Assembly: GCA_039028615.1 (NCBI GenBank)
Contig: JBCCHT010000012.1
Span: 96,001-160,000 of the forward strand
Direction of reading: 5' to 3'
Origin: Myxococcota bacterium
Lineage (GTDB): Bacteria; Myxococcota_A; Polyangia; Nannocystales; Nannocystaceae
Length of the DNA stretch: 64,000 bases
This document shows, in pieces, positions 8,200 to 16,303 of this stretch. Below the pieces are notes generated by a model. It made no database searches. It was given only the letters and a program-made list of their open reading frames with translations, and had not been told where the DNA came from. Both the position numbers and the translations under genes were made by a program. How positions within the stretch are numbered: position 1 is the stretch's first letter; every line of letters starts with the position of its first letter.

Positions 8200-9963
8200 A
8201 TGCAAGGCTTCGCGCCATCGCGCTGGGGAATGTGGATCCTGGCTCTCGGGCTCGGGATGTCGTCGTGCTCGGACTCCGACTCGGACAAGCCCGAGGCCAA
8301 GAAGGAAAACGCCGCGGAAGAGCCCGCCCCCGCCGAGCCTGTGGCCGACAGCGAAGACGGCGAAGAGGACGAGATCGAGCACGTGGGCGACGCCCCGCTC
8401 GAGGCGGCCGTCAACCTGATCGAGCCGGGCGAAGGCACGCCGAAGACGCTGCCCAATCGAACCGCGGGCCTCGGGCCCCAGCGCGTGGTCGTCGAGGTGA
8501 AGATCACCGAGGGCCGCAAGCGCAAGCTCCACGTGCCGGTGGTTCGCCTCGCGGGTGACCTCGACTTCGGCAGCATCGACGACAGCGGCTCGAGCTATCG
8601 CTGGACGCCGGTCGCCACCACCGTGCTCGCCGATGCCGACGACGAAGGGGTCGACCCCGAGTTCCTCGCCGGCTTCGAGTCCGCCCTCGCGGTCGGAGAT
8701 GCGCCCGCCCCTGTTTCCCTGACCACCGATCGCTGGGACGTGGTCAGCAGCTTCGCGTGGCCGGCCGCCACCACCGACCCCCACGTGGCCACCGTCGCCT
8801 ATGCGCAGCGCCTGGCGCTGGGGCACCTGGCGATCCCCATCCCCGAGCTGAGCATGAGCAAGGGCGCCCACTGGGAGGTGCACCGCAAGGTCGACCTGTT
8901 CGGGGTCACCACCTGGCAGAGCCTCGATTGCACCGCCAAGAAGATCGCTGGCGACCAACTCGAAATCACGGCCAACGTCTCGTACGTCGGCGTCACCGAC
9001 GATCCGATCTCCGGCAAGCCACTCGGGCTCGACTCGGTCGCGGCCCTGAGCGGCCGCGGCAAGCTCCGCGCTCGCTACGACCTGAAGACCGCGCTGCCCA
9101 TCGACATGCAGCTCACGGCCAAGCTCGACATCCGCCGCGAAGGCGCCGACCGAGCCAAGCGCTTCGGCTTCGAGGTCCGCGCCGACGAGGACTTCCTGGC
9201 CCGCCCCGACGAGCGCGTCAGCCTGAAGGGCAAGTTCGTGCAGGGCGGCCTCGTCACTGGCATCGTCCCCGCGGGCACCAAGGTCTGGTTCAACCGCAAG
9301 CGCATCGAGGTCTCGTCCGAGGGCGACTTCGTGGTCGGCTTCGGTCGCGATGCGCCTCCGCGCGCGCTGATGGCCTTCGCCTTCGACGGCGGCCCCGACG
9401 AGCGCCACGTGGTCCACGTCGAGGACCGCGAGTTCGAGCCCGAGGCGATCGATGGACTCCCACCGGAGATGGTCGACCTCGACCGCCCCACCCGCAAGGC
9501 GCTGGGCAAGGCCAAGGTGCGGATCAAGAAGGTCCGCAACAAGGTCAACAAGACCCCCTACTTCCGCGACGGCTTCGAGTGGCCCATGAAGGGCAAGATC
9601 ACCAGCACCTACGGGCGCAAGCGGATCCTCAACGGCGAGGACAAGGGCTTCCACTGGGGCGTCGACCTGGCCGCCCCCGTCGGTCGCAAGGTCCGGGCCC
9701 CCGCGGGCGGCGTGGTGATCTTTGCCGAGGCCGACGTGCCACTGTCCGGGACCCTGCTCATCCTCGACCACGGACATGGCCTGAGTTCATCGTTCCTGCA
9801 CCTCGACAAGCTGTCGGTCGCGCTCGGCGACGAGGTCAAGGCCGGGCAGGTGATCGCGACCTCGGGCAACACCGGGCGCTCGACGGGGCCTCACCTCGAC
9901 TGGCGTATGAACCTGTTCGACACCCGGGTCGACCCGCAGACCTTGGTGAGCGCCGCGCCCTGA
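8200..9963 (+). CDS. lipoprotein with N-terminal uncharacterised beta-domain and C-terminal M23 metallopeptidase
   Basis: Lipobox-like GMSSC; M23 motifs HWGVD, HGHG and GPHLDW. Confidence 0.85.
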   Translation: MQGFAPSRWGMWILALGLGMSSCSDSDSDKPEAKKENAAEEPAPAEPVADSEDGEEDEIEHVGDAPLEAAVNLIEPGEGTPKTLPNRTAGLGPQRVVVEVKITEGRKRKLHVPVVRLAGDLDFGSIDDSGSSYRWTPVATTVLADADDEGVDPEFLAGFESALAVGDAPAPVSLTTDRWDVVSSFAWPAATTDPHVATVAYAQRLALGHLAIPIPELSMSKGAHWEVHRKVDLFGVTTWQSLDCTAKKIAGDQLEITANVSYVGVTDDPISGKPLGLDSVAALSGRGKLRARYDLKTALPIDMQLTAKLDIRREGADRAKRFGFEVRADEDFLARPDERVSLKGKFVQGGLVTGIVPAGTKVWFNRKRIEVSSEGDFVVGFGRDAPPRALMAFAFDGGPDERHVVHVEDREFEPEAIDGLPPEMVDLDRPTRKALGKAKVRIKKVRNKVNKTPYFRDGFEWPMKGKITSTYGRKRILNGEDKGFHWGVDLAAPVGRKVRAPAGGVVIFAEADVPLSGTLLILDHGHGLSSSFLHLDKLSVALGDEVKAGQVIATSGNTGRSTGPHLDWRMNLFDTRVDPQTLVSAAP

Positions 9964-9972
9964 GGCGCTCCG

Positions 9973-10377
9973 TCACGAGGCCTGGCAAAACTGCGCCAGG
10001 CGAGCCGCGCTGCCGATCGACTCGAGCAGCAGCGGGGGCGGCACGGGCATGAGCAGCACGTTCATCAGCGCGCCGTCCTTGTGCACCTCGCTGCGAAAGA
10101 ACGCGCGGACGTGGTCGCGCTCGCGCGTGAGCAGCACGCCGATGGTGCCCCGGTCGTAGCGCGCGAGGGAGGCGATGAGCTGCGGGCCGGACATCTCGGC
10201 CAGCTCGTAGGTCGAGCACACGACCTGGTACTCCTGGTTCTTTCGCTTCGCTCGCTCGACCCTATAGAGAGCTTCGGTAGCGCCGATGGCCGTGCGCACG
10301 TCGAAGTGCGGAGTGAGCTGCGAATGGAGCGCATCGAGCTCGACGCGGTCCTCCGATACCAACAAGACGCGATTCAT
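9973..10377 (-). CDS. atypical single-domain response-regulator receiver (pseudo-receiver)
   Basis: Receiver fold pattern RVLLVSED...VVCSTYELAEMSGPQL...VLLT...VLLMP; phosphoacceptor Asp and conserved Lys are replaced. Confidence 0.7.
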   Translation of the reverse strand: MNRVLLVSEDRVELDALHSQLTPHFDVRTAIGATEALYRVERAKRKNQEYQVVCSTYELAEMSGPQLIASLARYDRGTIGVLLTRERDHVRAFFRSEVHKDGALMNVLLMPVPPPLLLESIGSAARLAQFCQAS

Positions 10378-10415
10378 CCGTTCGGCTCCCCCTGCGGGCC
10401 GACGACGGCACAATG

Positions 10416-10448
10416 AACTGTTCAATTGACCCCATCAATTGAACAGTT
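10416..10448. promoter_or_regulatory. perfect 14-bp AT-rich inverted repeat (candidate operator)
   Basis: AACTGTTCAATTGA-CCCCA-TCAATTGAACAGTT, 38 nt upstream of the receiver start, in a divergent intergenic region. Confidence 0.6.
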
Positions 10449-10813
10449 TTGGCCATCGGCAGGCCAATTTCTCCGTTGCCACAGGGTGTCCCCCCGCAGC
10501 TGCCCCCGCGTCGCCCCTGCGACTGCCCACCAAACTAGAGGGGAACGGGCCGGTACAGGACGACGTAATCGACCTGAAATCCCGTTCCCGGTCGCTGGTG
10601 ACCGATCCAGAGCACGCGGTGCTCGTCGAGCCTTGCGCGGAATCGAGCCGTGAGAGAATGCACGCATTGAGCGCCAGGCACCCGCCGTTGGGAAACGGAC
10701 GTATTCGAGCAAACAAAAAAATCCATTTTTCGCTGGCCATCTGGTGCCGAAGCCCTCATAGTTCAGCGACCTGAACAGCACACTTGTAGGTGCAAGTTCG
10801 ACAAGGGGGACCA

Positions 10814-12598
10814 ATGACCGCTACCGTAGTGAACTTCTTCACGTTCTGCGCACGCTCTCGTGCCACCAGCCTGGCCCTTGGCGCGGGAATGCTCCTGACC
10901 GCCGGCATCAGTGGCTGCGCGACCGAGGGCGAAGATGAGCTCGTCGGAGACTTCGACCAGGACCGGATCATCGAGATCACCAGCGAGAGCACCTGCGTGC
11001 CGCTGGTCAAGCGACGGGGCTCCGTCGGCACCGTCTGCATGACGATCGACAACGAAGTCGACACCTCCGCCCAGTGTGGCGAGGGCTCCACCGGCGTCAT
11101 GAACGTGACCTTCGAGACCGAGGGCCCCTGGGAGCTGATTCGCGCCCGCGTCGGCGTCGGCCACAGCCTCGAGGACTTCCCCCGCAACCGCCGGGGTCGC
11201 GTCGTCCGCAACCAGCTTCCCCACCAGAGCGGCGAGATCCCGGGAGAGACCTCGCACACGCTCAGCGTTCCGCTGTGCGAAGTCGGCCTCGATGGCGCCG
11301 ACGAGGTCTGCGATCCGGTCAACGCCCACCTCGTGGCCCACGCCCGAGTTCGCCGGCTCCGCCGCAACGGCACCTACCGCAGCCGCTCCGTGTTCGGCGA
11401 CGGCACCATGGTCGGCAGCCGCCGCCGTCACGGTCGCCTGTTCACGCTCGAGCTGAGCTGTGCCGAGGGCGAGCCCCCTCCCCCGCCGCCCAACCAGTGC
11501 GAGACCGCCTTCGCGGCGGGCCCCGGTGCCACCTGCTTCCTGGGCAACGACTTCGACGGCGATGGCCTCGACGACGGCTTCGCCGAGTGGGGCTGGACCA
11601 ACGGTCCCGTCTCCCCCGGTACCTCCACGGAGTGGCCGGTCTACGCCGCGGTCAACGGCTGCGATCCCTCTGCGGGCGCGCACGTCGGCACCCTGGGCGT
11701 CTCGTACGACGGCAGCACCGCGTCCTTCGTCTTCAACCGCGAGGGCGACGTCACCCTCGACGGTGAGCAGCTGTTCGTGGGCAGCGAGGCCCTGCCGCGC
11801 GACGCAGACGGCGGCCTGAGCATCGACCCCTCCGACTTCCCGATCTCGGTCGACCTCGACGAGGCGACTCAGACCACGCACACCGTGTCGGGCCTGAGCG
11901 GCGACATCAACGTCGTCTACCACGCCACCGCCTGTGGCGAGGGCATCGAGGCCAACCCCGATCCCCTCACCGTGCTCACCGACGAGTTCTCCACCGAGGG
12001 CGACATGGGGACCTGGCAGCAGCACATGCCGCAGGACGCCACCGTCAAGGTCGAGGACGACGCGCTCGTCATCGAGCCCAACGCGAACACCTGGTGGTAC
12101 GCGCAGGACGAGACCCTGCACGTCTACAAGACCATCTCGGGCGACTTCGCGGCCACCACCAGCGTGGAGGTCACCACCCTCGACGGTGAGCCCGTCGCCC
12201 CCGGCGACCCGTACCGCATCGGTGGTCTCATGATGCGAGACATGACCAGCGACCTGCCGAACACCTACCACATGGGTATCGGCAACATGAACACCGCGGG
12301 CGTGGTCACCGTGTCCAAGAGCACCGACGAGGGCAGCAGCTCCATCGGCACGCAGCCCTGGAACGGCGTCGAGGCCGAGATGCGAATCTGTCGCGTCGGC
12401 GACGAGGTCCAGTCCTTCATCCGACTCGAGGACGAGCCCTGGCGACTCATCGACCAGCGCACCCGCGGCGACCTGCCCAACACGCTCGCGGTCGGCCCCA
12501 TCGCCTACGCCGGCACGGCCGTCCCCGACCTCCACGTGGAAACCGACTACGTCACCTTCCACACCGTCAGCTCGCTGCAAGACTGCTACCGCGACTGA
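10814..12598 (+). CDS. multidomain lipoprotein: tandem beta-domains plus C-terminal concanavalin-A-like domain
   Basis: AAGGGGG RBS; lipobox ISGC; Pro linker; C-terminal domain with ISGDFAATTSV...GGLMMR...EMRICRVGDEVQSF pattern. Confidence 0.7.
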   Translation: MTATVVNFFTFCARSRATSLALGAGMLLTAGISGCATEGEDELVGDFDQDRIIEITSESTCVPLVKRRGSVGTVCMTIDNEVDTSAQCGEGSTGVMNVTFETEGPWELIRARVGVGHSLEDFPRNRRGRVVRNQLPHQSGEIPGETSHTLSVPLCEVGLDGADEVCDPVNAHLVAHARVRRLRRNGTYRSRSVFGDGTMVGSRRRHGRLFTLELSCAEGEPPPPPPNQCETAFAAGPGATCFLGNDFDGDGLDDGFAEWGWTNGPVSPGTSTEWPVYAAVNGCDPSAGAHVGTLGVSYDGSTASFVFNREGDVTLDGEQLFVGSEALPRDADGGLSIDPSDFPISVDLDEATQTTHTVSGLSGDINVVYHATACGEGIEANPDPLTVLTDEFSTEGDMGTWQQHMPQDATVKVEDDALVIEPNANTWWYAQDETLHVYKTISGDFAATTSVEVTTLDGEPVAPGDPYRIGGLMMRDMTSDLPNTYHMGIGNMNTAGVVTVSKSTDEGSSSIGTQPWNGVEAEMRICRVGDEVQSFIRLEDEPWRLIDQRTRGDLPNTLAVGPIAYAGTAVPDLHVETDYVTFHTVSSLQDCYRD

Positions 12599-12623
12599 TC
12601 CGAGAGAATCGAACCGCATTTTC

Positions 12624-12661
12624 GGGCGGCGTCACTGGTCACGGTGGCGCCGCCCTTTTTT
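12624..12661 (+). terminator. intrinsic terminator
   Basis: GGGCGGCGTCAC...GTGGCGCCGCCC stem followed by TTTTTT, just after the 12598 stop. Confidence 0.8.
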
Positions 12662-12683
12662 GCGCCCGGAGCTCGAACCCCCT

Positions 12684-14336
12684 CTAGCGCGAGATGAGCT
12701 CGAGCTTCGTGGGGAGCGCATGGCGGTCCCCCAGCTGGGGAGCCGACCATGGAGCGGCGTGACCGTCGAGCCACGCGACCCAGTGCAGCGAGTCCAGGGG
12801 ACGATCGAAGACGGCTCGGATCTCCGTGGGGCGGCCCGCTCCGTTGACCGCGACGACCTCGATCACCGCCGTCGGTAGCTCCACCCGCTCTCCGACGCGC
12901 ATGGGGATGCCTTCGGCCCGAGCGATCCGGTTGAGCGGAGAGCCCATCCAGCCCCGGGGAGCCTCGAGCCGAAGCGTGTCGTCGGCAACCCGCTCCACCG
13001 TGACCAGCCCTTGCCCGGCGTATAGCGGCACCACGTGGTCGGGCCACCGCTGCCCGTGCTCGGCCGCGATCGCCTGCGGGTGCATCAGCAGGATGTCGTA
13101 GGGCACGTTGACCACCACGACCACCTCGCCTGGTGCCACGTCGTGATCGGTGACGGCGACGGACAGCTCCTGAGCGTAGCGGTCGACGTAGTACATCACC
13201 CACGACGACGGCACGAAGAGCAGGACCGAGATCCACAGGTGCAGGAGGAGCAGTCCTCGGCCCACCCACCGAGAGCCGCGAAGGCGGGGCGCAGGGGCGA
13301 GCGAGTCGGCGATGGCCAACGCCAGCAAGCCGCATCCACCGAGCCCGAGCGGGAGCAGGATGCGCCCCGAGGGGTCGGTGCTCGCATAGGGCAGTGCGCA
13401 GACCAGCATGCCGACGGCAAAGAACCGGGCCGTCGCCTCGCGACGCAGCAGCGGCAGGAGCCAGACCCCGAAGGCCAGCAGCCCGAGCGTGGCCCACAGC
13501 CAACCGTAGGGCATCCCTCGCAGGGGGCTGGCGACGGGGAGGGTGAGTTCGGCAAAACCGAGGATGCTGGTGTTGCGCACCGCGATGGGCAGCAGGCCGA
13601 GGGGGTCGGCCGCCGGATCACGGTACAGACCGCTGGCGACCGCGCCGTAGCCCGAGGCCACGTAGGCGATGCGCCAGGCGATGACGACCCCGAGATACGG
13701 CAGCAACGTCGAGACCCGACGCCACCACGGGCCGCGATCGAGGAATAGCGCGTAGGCGAACAGGTAGCCGCCGACGGTCAGGGCCGCCTCCGCGCCGCTG
13801 AGCGCCACGACGAGCAGGACGGGGGCCAGCCACCCACCCGGGTGCCAGCCGTCCCGTCGCCAGCGGTCGTGGGCCCACAGCACGGCAAAGCCTCCGAGCG
13901 TGGCGAGGATCAGGTTGCGGTTGGCGAGCCAACCCAGGGTCTGCCCGTGGGTGTCGTCGACGGCGAACAGCAGCGTGGCCAGCCCGGCCGCAAACCCGAC
14001 CCCGAGCAAGCGCCGATAGAGCCGACCGGCGACCCACACCAGCGCGCCGTACAGCAGCACCGAGGTCAGGTGCATCAGCCACGGCATGCGCCACACCCGG
14101 AAGTCGAGCGCATGCAGCAGCGACGACAAGGGGCGCAGGAACACCACCTGCAGCTCGGGCGCCGCCCACCAGCCCACCGTGCCCCGTGCCATCGCGGTCG
14201 CTCGCGTGCTCGGCTCGAACAGACGAAAGAGGTCCCACGCGGGCTGCGACACCGCGGCCTGACCCAAGAGGTGATCGTCGAGGGTCAGGCCGACGAAGAC
14301 CGAAGGGAAGCCGATCAACACGGCCAGCACGGCCAT
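12684..14336 (-). CDS. multi-pass membrane protein, GT-C (PMT/TMTC-like) glycosyltransferase fold; start uncertain, may be upstream
   Basis: Many TM helices; DD motif in the first loop (TLDDH); FLRPL, H..S..L and LFAV...WLANR motifs. Confidence 0.6.
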   Translation of the reverse strand: MAVLAVLIGFPSVFVGLTLDDHLLGQAAVSQPAWDLFRLFEPSTRATAMARGTVGWWAAPELQVVFLRPLSSLLHALDFRVWRMPWLMHLTSVLLYGALVWVAGRLYRRLLGVGFAAGLATLLFAVDDTHGQTLGWLANRNLILATLGGFAVLWAHDRWRRDGWHPGGWLAPVLLVVALSGAEAALTVGGYLFAYALFLDRGPWWRRVSTLLPYLGVVIAWRIAYVASGYGAVASGLYRDPAADPLGLLPIAVRNTSILGFAELTLPVASPLRGMPYGWLWATLGLLAFGVWLLPLLRREATARFFAVGMLVCALPYASTDPSGRILLPLGLGGCGLLALAIADSLAPAPRLRGSRWVGRGLLLLHLWISVLLFVPSSWVMYYVDRYAQELSVAVTDHDVAPGEVVVVVNVPYDILLMHPQAIAAEHGQRWPDHVVPLYAGQGLVTVERVADDTLRLEAPRGWMGSPLNRIARAEGIPMRVGERVELPTAVIEVVAVNGAGRPTEIRAVFDRPLDSLHWVAWLDGHAAPWSAPQLGDRHALPTKLELISR

Positions 14337-14479
14337 GTGCGCCGCAGCCCGAGGCGACGCGAGCCATTGTTGCCAACGTCGAACGCGGGGGCCCTCGGCG
14401 CGGTGGTCGGGTGAGGCGGTCAGAAGCGTCCGGGGGGTCGAGGTGATGGCAGAACCAACGAAGGGGCGGCGCGGCGGCG

Positions 14480-15241
14480 TCAGCCCTCGCCCGGCACGAG
14501 GTCGAGCTCTGGGTACGCCCGGAAGATCCCGTCCGCGTTGAAGTCCAGGCACCGCGCCGATGCTCGATAGGCGGCGATCCGCTCGAGTCCATCCACGTGC
14601 TGTCGAACCGCGACCAACCCGGGCAGTTCGCCGCGATAGTGCTGCCACGCCCGCGGGAACGCGTACTCGAGCCCGCGCACCATCTGGTTCATCGCCAGGT
14701 CCACGTAGCTCAGCGCGCCGCCGACCAGATGCCGACCGCCGCCCGCCTCGTTCGCTCGCATCACCGCCTCGAAGTAGCGCAGGAACTTGGGCATGCGCAG
14801 GTCGACGAAGTGCCGGGTCTTGCGGAGCGCTTCGACCTTTTGGTCCTCGTAGTACTCGCCCGTGCCTACCGGGTGGTGCGTGTCGTGGACCTCGTCGACC
14901 AAGTCGGCGAGGGTCAGCTGGAGCTGCATCGCCTCCGCGCGGGCACCTTCGGCCTGCGGGGCGAGGCCGTGCTGCGCCCCGAGGTACGCACAGATGTTGG
15001 CCATCTGCGCCAGCTGAAGCTCACCGTGGACGAGCACGGGCGGCGCGAGCGGGCGCAGGCCGGGGCCGGGCTCCTTCAGGTGCGCGACGATGGCCGCGGG
15101 CCCGCCTCCCTCGGCCGCCGGTCGACGGGCGAAGTCGTCGTACTCGGCTCCCGCTTGCTCGAGCACCAGCCGAACGAACTCGCCCCGCCCCGGGATGTTC
15201 GGCCAGTAGTGCAGCACGTACGGAGCATCGGCGTTCGGCAT
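14480..15241 (-). CDS. glutathione S-transferase
   Basis: LHYWPNIPGRGEFVRLVLE N-domain, LAPPVL cis-Pro region and LSYVDL N-capping motif. Confidence 0.85.
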   Translation of the reverse strand: MPNADAPYVLHYWPNIPGRGEFVRLVLEQAGAEYDDFARRPAAEGGGPAAIVAHLKEPGPGLRPLAPPVLVHGELQLAQMANICAYLGAQHGLAPQAEGARAEAMQLQLTLADLVDEVHDTHHPVGTGEYYEDQKVEALRKTRHFVDLRMPKFLRYFEAVMRANEAGGGRHLVGGALSYVDLAMNQMVRGLEYAFPRAWQHYRGELPGLVAVRQHVDGLERIAAYRASARCLDFNADGIFRAYPELDLVPGEG

Positions 15242-15506
15242 GGCTCAGCTGCCTTACCTGGGATCCCGGGCCATTTCCAGCCGCCGACATGCTCCCGATG
15301 ACTCTCGCCACACGAGGCCGCCACCCCCTTTGGGATTGGACCCCGATGGTAGGCCGAGGTCCGACATCGTCGCAGACGATCGTCCGTTGCCACCGCGCGG
15401 GGCCGTAGCCCCACCAATCCCAGTGGGCCTTGGAACGCCCGTCTACTTCGTGTTCTGCACGACATTGCGGCGTCGTGGTTCGCGGTGCGTCACAATCGAA
15501 GGGTCG

Positions 15507-16214
15507 ATGGAGGCAATCGAGGGAGGCGCCGAACCCGGACACCAGAGCTTGGTGTTGGCCGCCAGTGCCCCGCCGCGACCTCGGCTCGACCCCATGCCCC
15601 TGCAGGCGCCGCATTTTTCGGTCGGGTTCGCGGTCGGCTGGACCCTCACCTCCGCCGTGCTGGGCACCATCACCGTCACCTGGCTCGTCGGGATGATCGC
15701 CACCACGGTCTTTTGGCTCGCGGGCACGGGCAGCATCATCTCGGTGGTGGCGTTCGGCCTCACCGGCCTGCTGCTCGGTCGAGGCTGGATGGGCATGGCG
15801 CAGACGATGCACGGACGACTTCGTCACCGCGACCTCGACGACGGCGCCGCGCTGCCCATCACCTTCTGGTCGCTCGGGCCCGGCCTCCAGCGGTTGGTCC
15901 GGCACACCCGGAGCCTGCAGATCGTCGCGCGAGACCCCGAGCTCCCGCTCTCTCAGCTCGACCGCGAGATCTTCGAGTGGCTCTCCACCATGGGCCAGCT
16001 GACGTTCGAAGAGCGACGCTTCCTCGACAGCCGAACGCTCGTGCCCAGCCAGCTCCGCGAAGAGCTGGTCGATAGTCGCTACGCCGAAGATCGCCTGGGC
16101 GCCAGGCTCGGCCTCGGCCGTCGCTACGGTGCCGGACATCGCCAGCGCGTGTTGGCCTTGCTGTCCCGCTTCGAACGCGTGGTGCTCGAGGACGGCGGCG
16201 ATCCTTTTCGCTGA
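15507..16214 (+). CDS. hypothetical membrane protein
   Basis: Hydrophobic TM segments; coding-type GC3 bias. Start uncertain (15507 or 15594). Confidence 0.6.
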   Translation: MEAIEGGAEPGHQSLVLAASAPPRPRLDPMPLQAPHFSVGFAVGWTLTSAVLGTITVTWLVGMIATTVFWLAGTGSIISVVAFGLTGLLLGRGWMGMAQTMHGRLRHRDLDDGAALPITFWSLGPGLQRLVRHTRSLQIVARDPELPLSQLDREIFEWLSTMGQLTFEERRFLDSRTLVPSQLREELVDSRYAEDRLGARLGLGRRYGAGHRQRVLALLSRFERVVLEDGGDPFR

Positions 16215-16244
16215 GCTCCCCTTCGGGCGTCCTTCGAAACGAGA

Positions 16245-16284
16245 CCGGGCGACCTCCCTCGCTGGTCGAGGGGAGGCCGCCCGG
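16245..16284 (-). terminator. hairpin terminator between convergent genes
   Basis: CCGGGCGACCTCCCTCG / CGAGGGGAGGCCGCCCGG imperfect inverted repeat, with a weak U-tail on the minus strand. Confidence 0.55.
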
Positions 16285-16303
16285 CGCTCGGTGGTGGTGA
16301 TGG

